DNA from: Candidatus Staskawiczbacteria bacterium RIFCSPHIGHO2_02_FULL_43_16 | GTDB taxonomy: Bacteria; Patescibacteriota; Minisyncoccia; Minisyncoccales; Staskawiczbacteraceae | Length of the DNA: 60,714 nt | Direction of reading: 5' to 3' | Assembly: GCA_001821935.1 (NCBI GenBank) | Contig: MHOU01000012.1 | Location: 54,070-114,783, forward strand | Shown here: one piece after another, positions 19,023 to 27,847 of the stretch | Layout: every line of letters begins with the position of its first letter | Numbering within the stretch: position 1 is the stretch's first letter | Translations under genes and position numbers: made by a program | Notes under the pieces: generated by a model | The model's database searches: none | What the model was told of the DNA's origin: nothing | What the model saw: the letters and a program-made list of their open reading frames with translations, nothing else

Positions 19023-19065
19023 CTACAACAAAAATCCACAGGCTGGGCTGTGGATAATTTATTTT

Positions 19066-22002
19066 TTAATAACTCCACCCAAATCCCCCTTTGTTGGTTG
19101 AAATTTTGATCATTTTTAAACCGCTGAATGTTTCGTAAATTCGACCCGAGGAATCTTTACCAACAACCATGGTGGTTTTACCGTTAAAGATTGTCTGGAT
19201 ATGAAAGTCATCTTTAAAGATTATTTGCTGAACCAGGGTTGATAGTTCCCCATTTTTATCCGCCATCCAGGCATGCACCATCATGTTACTGCCAATGTCA
19301 GCGAGCGCGCCATTGTAGGTAAGCAAATCAATGCGCGCCGTTCTGGTTATTTTCCGGTTTTTATTTTTTAAGGTTATTTGCGTTACATTGCCGGCTTGGT
19401 CAGCCAGGGTTATGACATTATCATTGTCAACCACAACGGCGCCGGGGTCATTTTGGGCCGAAAATTTCAAGTCTTTGCCCACCGGGTCAAATTCAATTAC
19501 CGCCTCCGGCGCGGTTTTATCAATGGTAAAATTTAGGGTTTGTTGTTGTTTATTATTGCCCGCATTATCGGTGGCAAAAAAAGTAATAATATGTTCACCT
19601 GCGGTGGTGAAGGTAAGCGCGGCCGCGGCGGCGGCCGCGCTTTGCCACGCCCCGCCATCAATCTTGTAATGCAATGCCAACACGCCTGAATTTTCGTCAG
19701 TGGCATTGATCTCAACACTTACATCGCTTCTATAAAATCCTTCTTGGCCCGCGATTCCGGAAAGGGTAGCAACAGAAACCGGTGGCAACACATCTAAGGC
19801 CGCGTCGCCAACCACAATCGCCGAAGGCAAAATAGTTTCGGGCGCGCTTTCTGAATTTTCTTGTACGGTCAGTGTTGTTTGCCCGCCACCCAAATTAACC
19901 GTGCCCGTCAAATCCGCCGTCACCGGCAAATTTGAAAATATGTCAGCGCCCACCACCTGCCCGTCAACAATATCCTGGCTGCCAATGGTATACGTCCCCT
20001 CACCCGTCCCCTGTATGCTAATATCATACACCTGCCCACCATCCGTGGGTAGATACAAAAACTTATGTTTACCCATGATTTCAAACGCGGCATTGGGAAT
20101 TTCATTAAAAATACTGCCATCTTGTGCCAAACCTAATTTATTGCCGTCTTGGTCTGTGGCAAAAATATCAATCGGGCTAAACACGGAAATGGCCTTGCCA
20201 TTTAACTTACACTCATCAATATTTTGAGTAATAATATTGCCATCAACACCCAGACTGCTGCCCGCCAATAAGTTAACAATCTGCTGGCGAGTGCCATCTT
20301 GACTCATCATTTTACTATGTTCCCCCTTTAGGGCATAAAACTTTTTAGCAGTATCAATGGGCAAATTGGTGGCGCTTTCCAAGGGAACCGTGCCATCACC
20401 CGGTATAAATTTGGGCGTTTTATAATCAACCAGATTCTGGCCAAAAATACTTTTCTGGCGGTTTTCTATAATCGTGCCAATGGTCCCCGCCTTGCAACCG
20501 TCTATGGCATACAGATCCACTCCGGCAGTTCGCATATCAAAATCATCAAAGGCCTGGGTATGCAAACTTCCGGCATTGGTTAAGCCCTGCGCGTTTAAGC
20601 CATGGTCATTGGTTATAAAGTTTCCAAACTGGCTGTAATTTAAATTGGTTTCGGTAGTATCAAGCAAATTTAATAAATCACCCTGGTCAATCACTTTCAC
20701 AAAACTGCCCTTGACATCATAATATTTTTGACTTGGGAGCAAGTCATACGCCGCGGGCAAATTAGCTGAAATTTTTTTCATTTCGGCATCATTAAGCCCA
20801 AGTACCCCAAAATTATCACCTTGCAATAATACTTTTACCGATTTAGGAGCCCCGGTACTTGGCACACCCACAAAGATAGACTTGCCAATGTGATGACTTG
20901 CTATATTATCAACCACATATTTTTTTACAATCAACCCACCCATACTATGGGCAATAACATCAACTTTGTCCGCGCCAGTTTGTACTAAAATATCCGCAAC
21001 TTTTTGCTCCAACAAATCAACATTTGTTTTTCCATCAAGATACTTCCCCGTCACCCCATATCGCCAGTCATAGGGAAAAGTAAATAAGTTTTGGTTTTCT
21101 ACATAGCCATGGGATTCGAATTCATTAATCAATTCTTGTGAGTAATCGAAAAGGTTTGAAGGATTCTTAATAATATCAGCCCCAAAAACATTGGCATTAG
21201 AAGGTATTAAATCTTTACTAAACGCAAGTGGATCCATAAAGCTATCTGCATCCAGGGGATTAACCATTCTAATAATATCCGCCCACAGTAATTCATTGCC
21301 ATTCTTCATTTCCGTTCCCATTAGTCCTGGCACAATCAAAGCCGGAGTTTTTGAGTTATTCGTAATGGGATCTTGTATGTCGTCATAGTAAACATGTGAA
21401 GTTGCGCCGCCAACATTTCGATACAACGTGATACGGTGCAGGCCCGAAGCCCAAGGACTTATAGGAGAAACCCAAGGCGTAAAATCGCCCTCATTAAAAC
21501 GATAACGAACCTTTTTATCAGAATCACGCCATTCGATAACCATTGAATACCATGTGTCTGCATTAAAACTTCCCATGATGATGTTTTGGCTAGAGTTATT
21601 CCTATAATGAACAGTATGGGCGCCAATATTAAAAATCACCTCAACCTTTACTGAAGAATTTTCCAACAACCTAAACCCACTATAAGGCGCACCTTCATCG
21701 GCTCTAAAATAGTACTTAATCCTACCCGTTGGGACTAAAACACCATTCTTATGAATACCAACAGCAATTTGGGGGAAATTACCACTACTTTTCAGTGCCC
21801 TTGATCCCTCTTTCACAATCGAAGATTGTATCGTAAAAAGCTCTTCTGACCCGAAACCCATCCAGCCCCCCTGTCCATGTGCGTTGCCATTAACATAAGA
21901 ATTGAAATCATCGGTGAATATGGTCGCCGCACTACTAACATTCGCAAGCCCTAAGGAGAGAAATATTGCTATACTATATAGAAATATAGTTTTGTTTTTC
22001 AT
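19066..22002 (-). CDS. Large secreted alpha/beta-hydrolase (LCAT/lipase-like) with N-terminal lectin-like and C-terminal Ig-like domains
   Basis: Signal peptide MKNKTIFLYSIAIFLSLGLANVSSA. Nucleophile elbow VIAHSMGGLIV (GxSxG). PALIVPGLMGTEM resembles LCAT-family proteins. Confidence 0.65.
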   Translation of the reverse strand: MKNKTIFLYSIAIFLSLGLANVSSAATIFTDDFNSYVNGNAHGQGGWMGFGSEELFTIQSSIVKEGSRALKSSGNFPQIAVGIHKNGVLVPTGRIKYYFRADEGAPYSGFRLLENSSVKVEVIFNIGAHTVHYRNNSSQNIIMGSFNADTWYSMVIEWRDSDKKVRYRFNEGDFTPWVSPISPWASGLHRITLYRNVGGATSHVYYDDIQDPITNNSKTPALIVPGLMGTEMKNGNELLWADIIRMVNPLDADSFMDPLAFSKDLIPSNANVFGADIIKNPSNLFDYSQELINEFESHGYVENQNLFTFPYDWRYGVTGKYLDGKTNVDLLEQKVADILVQTGADKVDVIAHSMGGLIVKKYVVDNIASHHIGKSIFVGVPSTGAPKSVKVLLQGDNFGVLGLNDAEMKKISANLPAAYDLLPSQKYYDVKGSFVKVIDQGDLLNLLDTTETNLNYSQFGNFITNDHGLNAQGLTNAGSLHTQAFDDFDMRTAGVDLYAIDGCKAGTIGTIIENRQKSIFGQNLVDYKTPKFIPGDGTVPLESATNLPIDTAKKFYALKGEHSKMMSQDGTRQQIVNLLAGSSLGVDGNIITQNIDECKLNGKAISVFSPIDIFATDQDGNKLGLAQDGSIFNEIPNAAFEIMGKHKFLYLPTDGGQVYDISIQGTGEGTYTIGSQDIVDGQVVGADIFSNLPVTADLTGTVNLGGGQTTLTVQENSESAPETILPSAIVVGDAALDVLPPVSVATLSGIAGQEGFYRSDVSVEINATDENSGVLALHYKIDGGAWQSAAAAAAALTFTTAGEHIITFFATDNAGNNKQQQTLNFTIDKTAPEAVIEFDPVGKDLKFSAQNDPGAVVVDNDNVITLADQAGNVTQITLKNKNRKITRTARIDLLTYNGALADIGSNMMVHAWMADKNGELSTLVQQIIFKDDFHIQTIFNGKTTMVVGKDSSGRIYETFSGLKMIKISTNKGGFGWSY

Positions 22003-22005
22003 ATT

Positions 22006-22344
22006 TTAAATATTCATCGTTGCTAACAAAACATAAAAGATAAAAAAAGAAATAATAAATAAAATAAAAAATAAGGCAGATATGGTTAATTTAGTTATAT
22101 TTGTTAAAAATTTTAATGAAAAAATAAAACCTAAAAAAACTCCTAGGCACTGAATAAAGATTACTACTATTGCAAGTTTTCTATAGTCGGAATGAATTAA
22201 AAAGTTATCTCTTAATATTGCTGGCGTATTACCGCCGATATAAAAAGAGTAAATAAAGTTACTGACCGGACTCCACAACACCTCCGGCACTAAAAACATC
22301 CCGCCGAAAATCCATAACCACGTTTTTTGCATTTTTGAGATCAT
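22006..22344 (-). CDS. Small multi-pass membrane protein, unknown function
   Basis: 112-aa ORF with 3-4 hydrophobic segments, located in the AT-rich islet. Confidence 0.4.
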   Translation of the reverse strand: MISKMQKTWLWIFGGMFLVPEVLWSPVSNFIYSFYIGGNTPAILRDNFLIHSDYRKLAIVVIFIQCLGVFLGFIFSLKFLTNITKLTISALFFILFIISFFIFYVLLATMNI

Positions 22345-22413
22345 ATAATAAAAATTTTAATAGTATTTATTAATATTATCACTTTGCAATAATTTGCACC
22401 ACAATTTTATGGT

Positions 22414-22638
22414 CTATTGATAATTAATAGCAATATCATAATTAGTTGTAAATATAGTTGTGCTAGCACCGCCTACAAAAATTTTTGTTGTAGCTAAATC
22501 TTGTTTTTGCTCAACAGGAACATCGGGTTGCGTACTAACTTTTTCCGAGCAATCGCTACAAATAGGATAATGAACCACAACGACAATACTTAATAAAATA
22601 ATACTTTTACAAATTTTACATTTTATTTCTTCTTTCAT
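22414..22638 (-). CDS. Small Cys-rich membrane-anchored protein, unknown function
   Basis: 74 aa with CKICKS...TM...CSDCSEK (two CxxC pairs). AT-rich. Confidence 0.35.
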   Translation of the reverse strand: MKEEIKCKICKSIILLSIVVVVHYPICSDCSEKVSTQPDVPVEQKQDLATTKIFVGGASTTIFTTNYDIAINYQ

Positions 22639-22701
22639 GTTTTTATTTATACATTAATTTTTATAATTTGATATTAAAGTTATCCACATTGACCGGCTTT
22701 T

Positions 22702-22726
22702 ATGTTCGGTAAATGTTCGGTATAAT
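22702..22726 (+). promoter_or_regulatory. Tandem direct repeat ATGTTCGGTA x2 overlapping a TATAAT box upstream of the LexA-Dcm gene (candidate operator)
   Basis: atgttcggta occurs at 22702-22711 and 22713-22722. tataat lies at 22721-22726, 30 nt upstream of the ATG at 22756. GTTC is a half-site of Gram-positive-type LexA boxes. Confidence 0.35.
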
Positions 22727-22755
22727 TACATAATAATAACATTTTATAAAATTCT

Positions 22756-24315
22756 ATGTCAACAAACTTAACTCCCAAACAAAAACAGATATTAGAATAT
22801 ATAAAAAAACGTATTACAAAGAATGGCTATGCTCCCTCTCTTGGGGAAATAGGGACGAGATTCAAGCTAGTAAAATCAACAATACATCAGCACGTTGATT
22901 CCTTGATAGAAAAAAAATACTTAAACAAATCAGATTATCGGGCGAGATCATTAGAAATCCCCGAAGATAAAAATGTAACTTTTGTAGAAATCCCGCTCTT
23001 AGGCACGATAACAGCGGGCAAACCGATTGAAGCAATCGAAGTTTTAGGAGAAACCATTTCTATTCCAAGCAATGGGGTAGGGAGAATAAAAGACTATTAT
23101 GCATTGAGAGTATCTGGCGACAGCATGATTGACGAAGGAATTTTTGATGGAGATATAGTGGTCCTGAAGAAGCAATCCGTTGCTGAAAATGGGCAAACTG
23201 TGGTTGCTATAATTGATGACAATTCAGCAACTCTTAAAAAAATCTACAAAGAAGAAAGCCGATTCAGGCTACAACCAGCTAATCAAACGATGCTTCCTAT
23301 TTATAGAAGAGAGGTTGAAGTGCGCGGTGTGGTGATAAAAATCATAAGAGATCTTGAAGGTCAAACTAAAAAACAATTTTCAACTTTAGACTTATTTGCT
23401 GGAATAGGCGGATTAAGGCTGGGTTTCGAAAAAGCTGGCTTTAAAACTGTTTTTTCAAATGATTTTGACAAGCAATGCAAGATAACCTATGATTTGAATT
23501 TCAAAGATTCTAAGTTGATAGTAGAAGATATAAACAAAATAGAAATTAATGATCTCCCGGAATTTAGCTTCCTATTAGGAGGCTTCCCCTGCCAGGCTTT
23601 TTCAATAGCTGGATACAGAAAAGGATTTAGAGATGAAAAGGGAAGGGGGAATTTATTCTTCAGACTGGCAAAAATAATAGATGAACGGGAACCAGAGGGA
23701 TTTTTGCTTGAAAATGTTAAAAATTTGAAAACTCACGATAACGGAAAAACTTTTGGAATTATTAAAAAAACCCTCAAAAATCTTGGCTATCACGTAAAGG
23801 CAGAAGTGCTCAATAGTATGGAGTATGGCAATATCCCCCAAAATAGAGAGCGCATCTATATCGTCGGTTTCAAAAATAAAGATCACTACGAAAAATTTAG
23901 GTTCCCCGAACCTGTTGAGCTGACAACTAAAATCACTGATTTGCTTGAAAGTGAAGTTCCAGAAAAATACTATTACAATAAGAAGCCTCTATTCAATAAG
24001 CTTAAGGACTTCATTAAAGAAAGAGGAAAAGTATATCAGTGGCGCAGGAGGTATGTAAGAGAAAATAAGAAAAATGTCTGCCCTACTTTAACGGCAAACA
24101 TGGGAACAGGAGGCCATAATGTGCCGATTATCAAAGATAAAAATGGCATCAGGAAACTAACTCCTTTCGAGTGTGCGCGCATACAAGGATTTCCAGTTGA
24201 TTATAAATTACCCAAAATAGCAGATTCTGCTCTATACAAGCAATTCGGTAATTCGGTAAGCGTGCCAGTTATTGAAGCTATAGCAAAAAATATTAAAACA
24301 GCAATTACATCCTAA
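22756..24315 (+). CDS. Fusion protein: full LexA-like repressor (wHTH + S24 autopeptidase) joined to a DNA (cytosine-5) methyltransferase
   Basis: Residues 1-205 form the LexA part: LTPKQKQILEYIKK...GYAPSLGEIG, cleavage-site-like ITAGKP (A87-G88), GDSM (S123) and ATLKK (K161). Residues from about 208 to 519 form the MTase part: DLFAGIGG (motif I), GGFPCQAFS (IV), ENVKNL (VI), QNRERIYIVG (VIII), RKLTPFECARIQGFP (IX) and QFGNSVSVPV (X). Confidence 0.85.
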   Translation: MSTNLTPKQKQILEYIKKRITKNGYAPSLGEIGTRFKLVKSTIHQHVDSLIEKKYLNKSDYRARSLEIPEDKNVTFVEIPLLGTITAGKPIEAIEVLGETISIPSNGVGRIKDYYALRVSGDSMIDEGIFDGDIVVLKKQSVAENGQTVVAIIDDNSATLKKIYKEESRFRLQPANQTMLPIYRREVEVRGVVIKIIRDLEGQTKKQFSTLDLFAGIGGLRLGFEKAGFKTVFSNDFDKQCKITYDLNFKDSKLIVEDINKIEINDLPEFSFLLGGFPCQAFSIAGYRKGFRDEKGRGNLFFRLAKIIDEREPEGFLLENVKNLKTHDNGKTFGIIKKTLKNLGYHVKAEVLNSMEYGNIPQNRERIYIVGFKNKDHYEKFRFPEPVELTTKITDLLESEVPEKYYYNKKPLFNKLKDFIKERGKVYQWRRRYVRENKKNVCPTLTANMGTGGHNVPIIKDKNGIRKLTPFECARIQGFPVDYKLPKIADSALYKQFGNSVSVPVIEAIAKNIKTAITS

Positions 24316-24779
24316 GCAACGCCTGCCATTGTTTTTAAAATGGCCCAATTTTCTTTATATCGAGCAATTTTTTTAAGCGATACTGATTTGCCCATTTCCG
24401 CCGTGTCTCCAATCGGTATGATATAACACTCACCGCTCCTTCCATCTACCACAAGTATAATATCGCAATCTTTAGTAGAATATTTATATGTCCTTTGAGC
24501 TACGGCTCTATTGATTTGCTGCCCGCTTCTTCCGCCACCCGTAAGACCTACGCTACCACCGGAAGTACCTTTGATTTGTATCCTTAGTAACCTGCTATTG
24601 CCCACATCAATAATCGCATCATATCTGCCATTAGTAACATCTACCCGCGAACACGGAAAACCAGCCTTTATACATCTGCCCACTCCGATCATTTCGTCAG
24701 AGTTGCCATTGATAGTCCTAAAGATCCCCTTATCAATATTTGTTAAATTTTTTGACCATTCATTTCCTTGTTGTGGCAT
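24312..24779 (-). CDS. Small PD-(D/E)xK-like nuclease, candidate cognate restriction endonuclease
   Basis: 155 aa. The pattern E(MIGVGRCIKAGF)...YDAIIDV...LLRIQIKG fits an E...D...(Q)xK nuclease core. Its 3' end overlaps the methyltransferase gene by 4 nt, tail to tail. Confidence 0.45.
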   Translation of the reverse strand: MPQQGNEWSKNLTNIDKGIFRTINGNSDEMIGVGRCIKAGFPCSRVDVTNGRYDAIIDVGNSRLLRIQIKGTSGGSVGLTGGGRSGQQINRAVAQRTYKYSTKDCDIILVVDGRSGECYIIPIGDTAEMGKSVSLKKIARYKENWAILKTMAGVA

Positions 24780-24850
24780 ATTTTATTAAATTTTAATTTT
24801 AAATGGTAATTATACCTACATTACTCCCATTTTGAGTGGTTTTCAATACA

Positions 24851-24887
24851 AAATAAACGCTCCAAGCATAGATTGAAGCGTTTATTT
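24851..24887. terminator. Hairpin with 11-bp stem, possible terminator downstream of clpB and element E1
   Basis: aaataaacgct-15 nt-agcgtttattt. The stem is AT-rich with T-rich flanks on both strands. Confidence 0.4.
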
Positions 24888-24945
24888 TTGGTTAAATTAT
24901 GGGCAGGCTACTTCCTTGAAGAAACTTTTTCGAGTGAAGCCATTA

Positions 24946-25214
24946 GGGCCACGGAACGTATTAAAACTAATTTTAGCGGTGTAAATTTGGGCAAGATTCA
25001 AGGCGTCAGAAACGAAGTGTACCCATAGCGGTACACGAGTTTTGTAACAACGAAGAATCTTGCCCAAATTTACCCGCCCGAAGGGAAACAAAAAAGTGAA
25101 AGATTTCTTCGTTACGCCTCCTCGACGTAGCGCGCAGGCTATGCCTCGTCGGCAAGCCTCGAAATCTTTCACTTTTTAGTTTCTAAACCTTAGTTTTAAT
25201 ACGTTCCATGGCCC
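24946..25214 (-). mobile_element. Nested-palindrome (MITE-like) element, copy E1
   Basis: The outer 25-nt inverted repeat is 24946-24970 / 25190-25214 with 1 mismatch. It encloses two long hairpins: gtaaatttgggcaagattc...gaatcttgcccaaatttac (19 bp) and gtgaaagatttc...gaaatctttcac (12 bp). Homologous in reverse orientation to 59905-60173. Confidence 0.55.
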
Positions 25215-27843
25215 TGGGCAGCAGCCGTGGCAATTCAAAGGTGATACTGCCATCCTTTTCATCAATCAATACCCTGCTACCTTCAGCAATCTCGTTGGTA
25301 ACAATTTTAATACTCAATGGGTCTAAAATCAACCGCTGGATAACCCGCTTTAACGGCCGAGCACCTAAGTTTGCATCGTACCCTTCTTTCAAAAGTAGTT
25401 CTTTCGCCTTTTCAGAAATTTTAATGCTGATTTCTTTGGCCGCCAGGCGTTTCTGAACTTTTGCCATTTCCAGGTCTACAATGTTTTTTATTTCCGGCGC
25501 CTTCAAATAATTAAAGATGACAATTTCATCAATTCTATTGATAAATTCTGGCCTAAACTGGTCGCGCAGTGAATTCATCACCTTATCTTTCATTGATTCG
25601 CGTTCGGCTACATCTTTTTGGCTGGAAAACCCGATGGCCGACATTTTATTGATAAAGTCAGACCCCACGTTGCTGGTCAGAACGATAATGGTGTTCTTAA
25701 AAGAAACTAGGCGGCCTTTGGAATCGGTCAGCCGGCCGTCTTCAAAAGTTTGCAGCAAAATGTTAAACACCTCCGGGTGGGCTTTTTCCACTTCATCAAG
25801 CAAAATCACCGAATATGGCCGGCGCCTGACTTTTTCCGTCAGCTGCCCCGCTTCTTCATAACCCACATAACCGGGCGGACTGCCGATAATTTTTGAAACG
25901 GTGTGACGTTCCATATATTCAGACATATCCAGGCGAATCATGGCCTTTTCATCGTCAAACAAAAATTCAGCCAAAGCCCGGGCGGTTTCGGTTTTACCCA
26001 CCCCCGTAGGCCCCAAAAACAAGAAGCTTCCCAGTGGCTTATTTTCCTCGGAAATGCCGGCTCTGGCCCGGCGAATGGCGCGAGAAATGGCGCTAATAGC
26101 CTCTTGTTGGCCAATAACCCGTCGGTTAAGCGTGGCTTCCATGGCTTCCAGTTTTTTAGCCTCTTCGGTAATTAAGCGCATCACCGGAATCCCGGTCCAG
26201 CGTGAAACCACCCGGGCCACATCTTCTTCCGTTACCTCTTCTTTCAAAAAGTGGTGGGTTTTTTGCAGTTTCACCAATTTTTGCTCAATGGCTTTTTGTT
26301 CTTTTAAAAGGGTTGGGATTTTTCCATATTTTATTTCCGCCACCTTTTCCAAATCAGCCTCGCGCTGGGCAATTTCGGTTTGGTTATACAAGGCGTCAAC
26401 TTTCTCCCGGATGCTTTTTATTTTATTAATCAGTTCTTTTTCGGCGTTCCACTTGGCGGAAAGCTCCTTCACCTTTTCTTTTATCTCTGAAAGTTCCTTG
26501 GCAATCACTTTCAGCCGCTTTTCCGAATCTTTTTCTTTTTTTAAGGCCTGTTTTTCAATTTCTAATTTGGTGATTTCCTCTTCATACTTTTCCAATTCCT
26601 GGGGTTCAGACTCAATTTCCAGGCGCAGGGCGCTACCCGCTTCATCCATCAAATCTACCGCCTTGTCCGGTAAAAAGCGGTCGGCAATGTAGCGGCTGGA
26701 AAGTTCCACCGCCGCCTTGATAGCCGAGTCCTTGATGCGCACGCCATGGTGCACTTCATACTTTTCTTTAATGCCGCGTAAAATGGCCGTAGCATCTTCA
26801 ATAGAGGGCTCTTGCACATAAATCGGCTGGAATCTGCGCTCTAATGCTGGGTCTTTTTCAATATATTTTTGGTATTCTTTTAAGGTGGTGGCGCCGATAG
26901 CCCGCAATTCCCCGCGCGCCAAAGCCGGCTTTAACAAATTAGAAGCATCAATCGCGCCCTCGGCCGCGCCTGCGCCAACCAGGGTATGCAGTTCATCAAT
27001 AAATAAAATATATTTGTCCGGAGCCCGGCTAATTTCTTTCAGTAGCGCTTTTATCCGGGTTTCAAACTCTCCCCGGTACTTGGTGCCGGCAATAATCTGG
27101 CCTAAATCCAGCGAAACCACTTCTTTGTTTTTTAAAAATTCCGGCACGTTGCCGCGGGCCACCCGCTGGGCGAAGCCTTCCACAATGGCGGTTTTTCCCA
27201 CCCCGGCTTCCCCAATCAACACCGGGTTATTTTTCGTCCGGCGGGAAATAATCTGCATCAACCGGCGGATTTCATTATCGCGCCCGATAATCGGGTCAAT
27301 TTTTCCGGCCGCCGCAAGATCCGTCAAATTCCGGGTGTATTTTTCTATCACCTGGTACTTTGATTCCGGTTCGGGATCGGTCACGCGCTGACCGCCGCGG
27401 ACCTGCGCCAAAATCTTCAGCACTGCATCATAATTTATCATGGATTTTTCCAGCACTTCCCGGGCCATACTCTTTACATCCAGCAGCCCCAAAAACAAAT
27501 GCTCAACGGAAATAAATTCGTCTTGCATTTTAATAGATTCCTGCCGAGCCTTATCCAGCACCTTAGCCATGTCCTGGGTTAGGTAAAACTGGCCAAACGA
27601 GGTTGGGTTGAGCATGGCGGAAATTTTTGAAATCTGGCTTTCGGTTTTCTTTTTTAAGACTTCATTGTCAACCCCCATTTTCTGCAAGATTGTCAAAACC
27701 AGCGACCCTTCTTGGGTCATCAATGCCATAAGCAAATGCAGGGCATCAATTTGCTGCTGCCCGCGTTCCTGCGCGATTTGCTGGGCTGCCATAATGGCAT
27801 CCTGCGCTTTGTTGGTAAAATTGGCCCCTCCTGGTTGCATCAT
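25183..27843 (-). CDS. clpB: ClpB AAA+ disaggregase chaperone
   Basis: 886 aa with two AAA modules: GEAGVGKTAIVEG / ILFIDELH and GPTGVGKTETARALA / VILLDEVEKAH. Also has a Clp_N domain and a middle coiled coil. Confidence 0.95.
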   Translation of the reverse strand: MMQPGGANFTNKAQDAIMAAQQIAQERGQQQIDALHLLMALMTQEGSLVLTILQKMGVDNEVLKKKTESQISKISAMLNPTSFGQFYLTQDMAKVLDKARQESIKMQDEFISVEHLFLGLLDVKSMAREVLEKSMINYDAVLKILAQVRGGQRVTDPEPESKYQVIEKYTRNLTDLAAAGKIDPIIGRDNEIRRLMQIISRRTKNNPVLIGEAGVGKTAIVEGFAQRVARGNVPEFLKNKEVVSLDLGQIIAGTKYRGEFETRIKALLKEISRAPDKYILFIDELHTLVGAGAAEGAIDASNLLKPALARGELRAIGATTLKEYQKYIEKDPALERRFQPIYVQEPSIEDATAILRGIKEKYEVHHGVRIKDSAIKAAVELSSRYIADRFLPDKAVDLMDEAGSALRLEIESEPQELEKYEEEITKLEIEKQALKKEKDSEKRLKVIAKELSEIKEKVKELSAKWNAEKELINKIKSIREKVDALYNQTEIAQREADLEKVAEIKYGKIPTLLKEQKAIEQKLVKLQKTHHFLKEEVTEEDVARVVSRWTGIPVMRLITEEAKKLEAMEATLNRRVIGQQEAISAISRAIRRARAGISEENKPLGSFLFLGPTGVGKTETARALAEFLFDDEKAMIRLDMSEYMERHTVSKIIGSPPGYVGYEEAGQLTEKVRRRPYSVILLDEVEKAHPEVFNILLQTFEDGRLTDSKGRLVSFKNTIIVLTSNVGSDFINKMSAIGFSSQKDVAERESMKDKVMNSLRDQFRPEFINRIDEIVIFNYLKAPEIKNIVDLEMAKVQKRLAAKEISIKISEKAKELLLKEGYDANLGARPLKRVIQRLILDPLSIKIVTNEIAEGSRVLIDEKDGSITFELPRLLPRAMERIKTKV

Positions 27844-27847
27844 TTTG

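Noticed and set aside
24312-24779. The 155-aa ORF next to the Dcm-type methylase as a Vsr very-short-patch repair endonuclease
   Set aside because: Size and context fit Vsr. However, I do not see the Vsr hallmarks I would expect: an N-terminal basic RSxNM-type segment and the FVHGCFWH motif. The gene is convergent rather than co-directional. It is therefore kept as a generic PD-(D/E)xK-like nuclease.
24897-25172. 91-aa minus-strand ORF between the nuclease gene and clpB
   Set aside because: It lies entirely within the nested-palindrome element E1. Its sequence is the translation of long inverted repeats, there is no SD or plausible start context, and no family resemblance.
25940-26692. 250-aa plus-strand ORF (and several others) inside clpB
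   Set aside because: They are antisense to an unambiguous ClpB frame with all AAA+ motifs. They have Ser-rich low-complexity composition.
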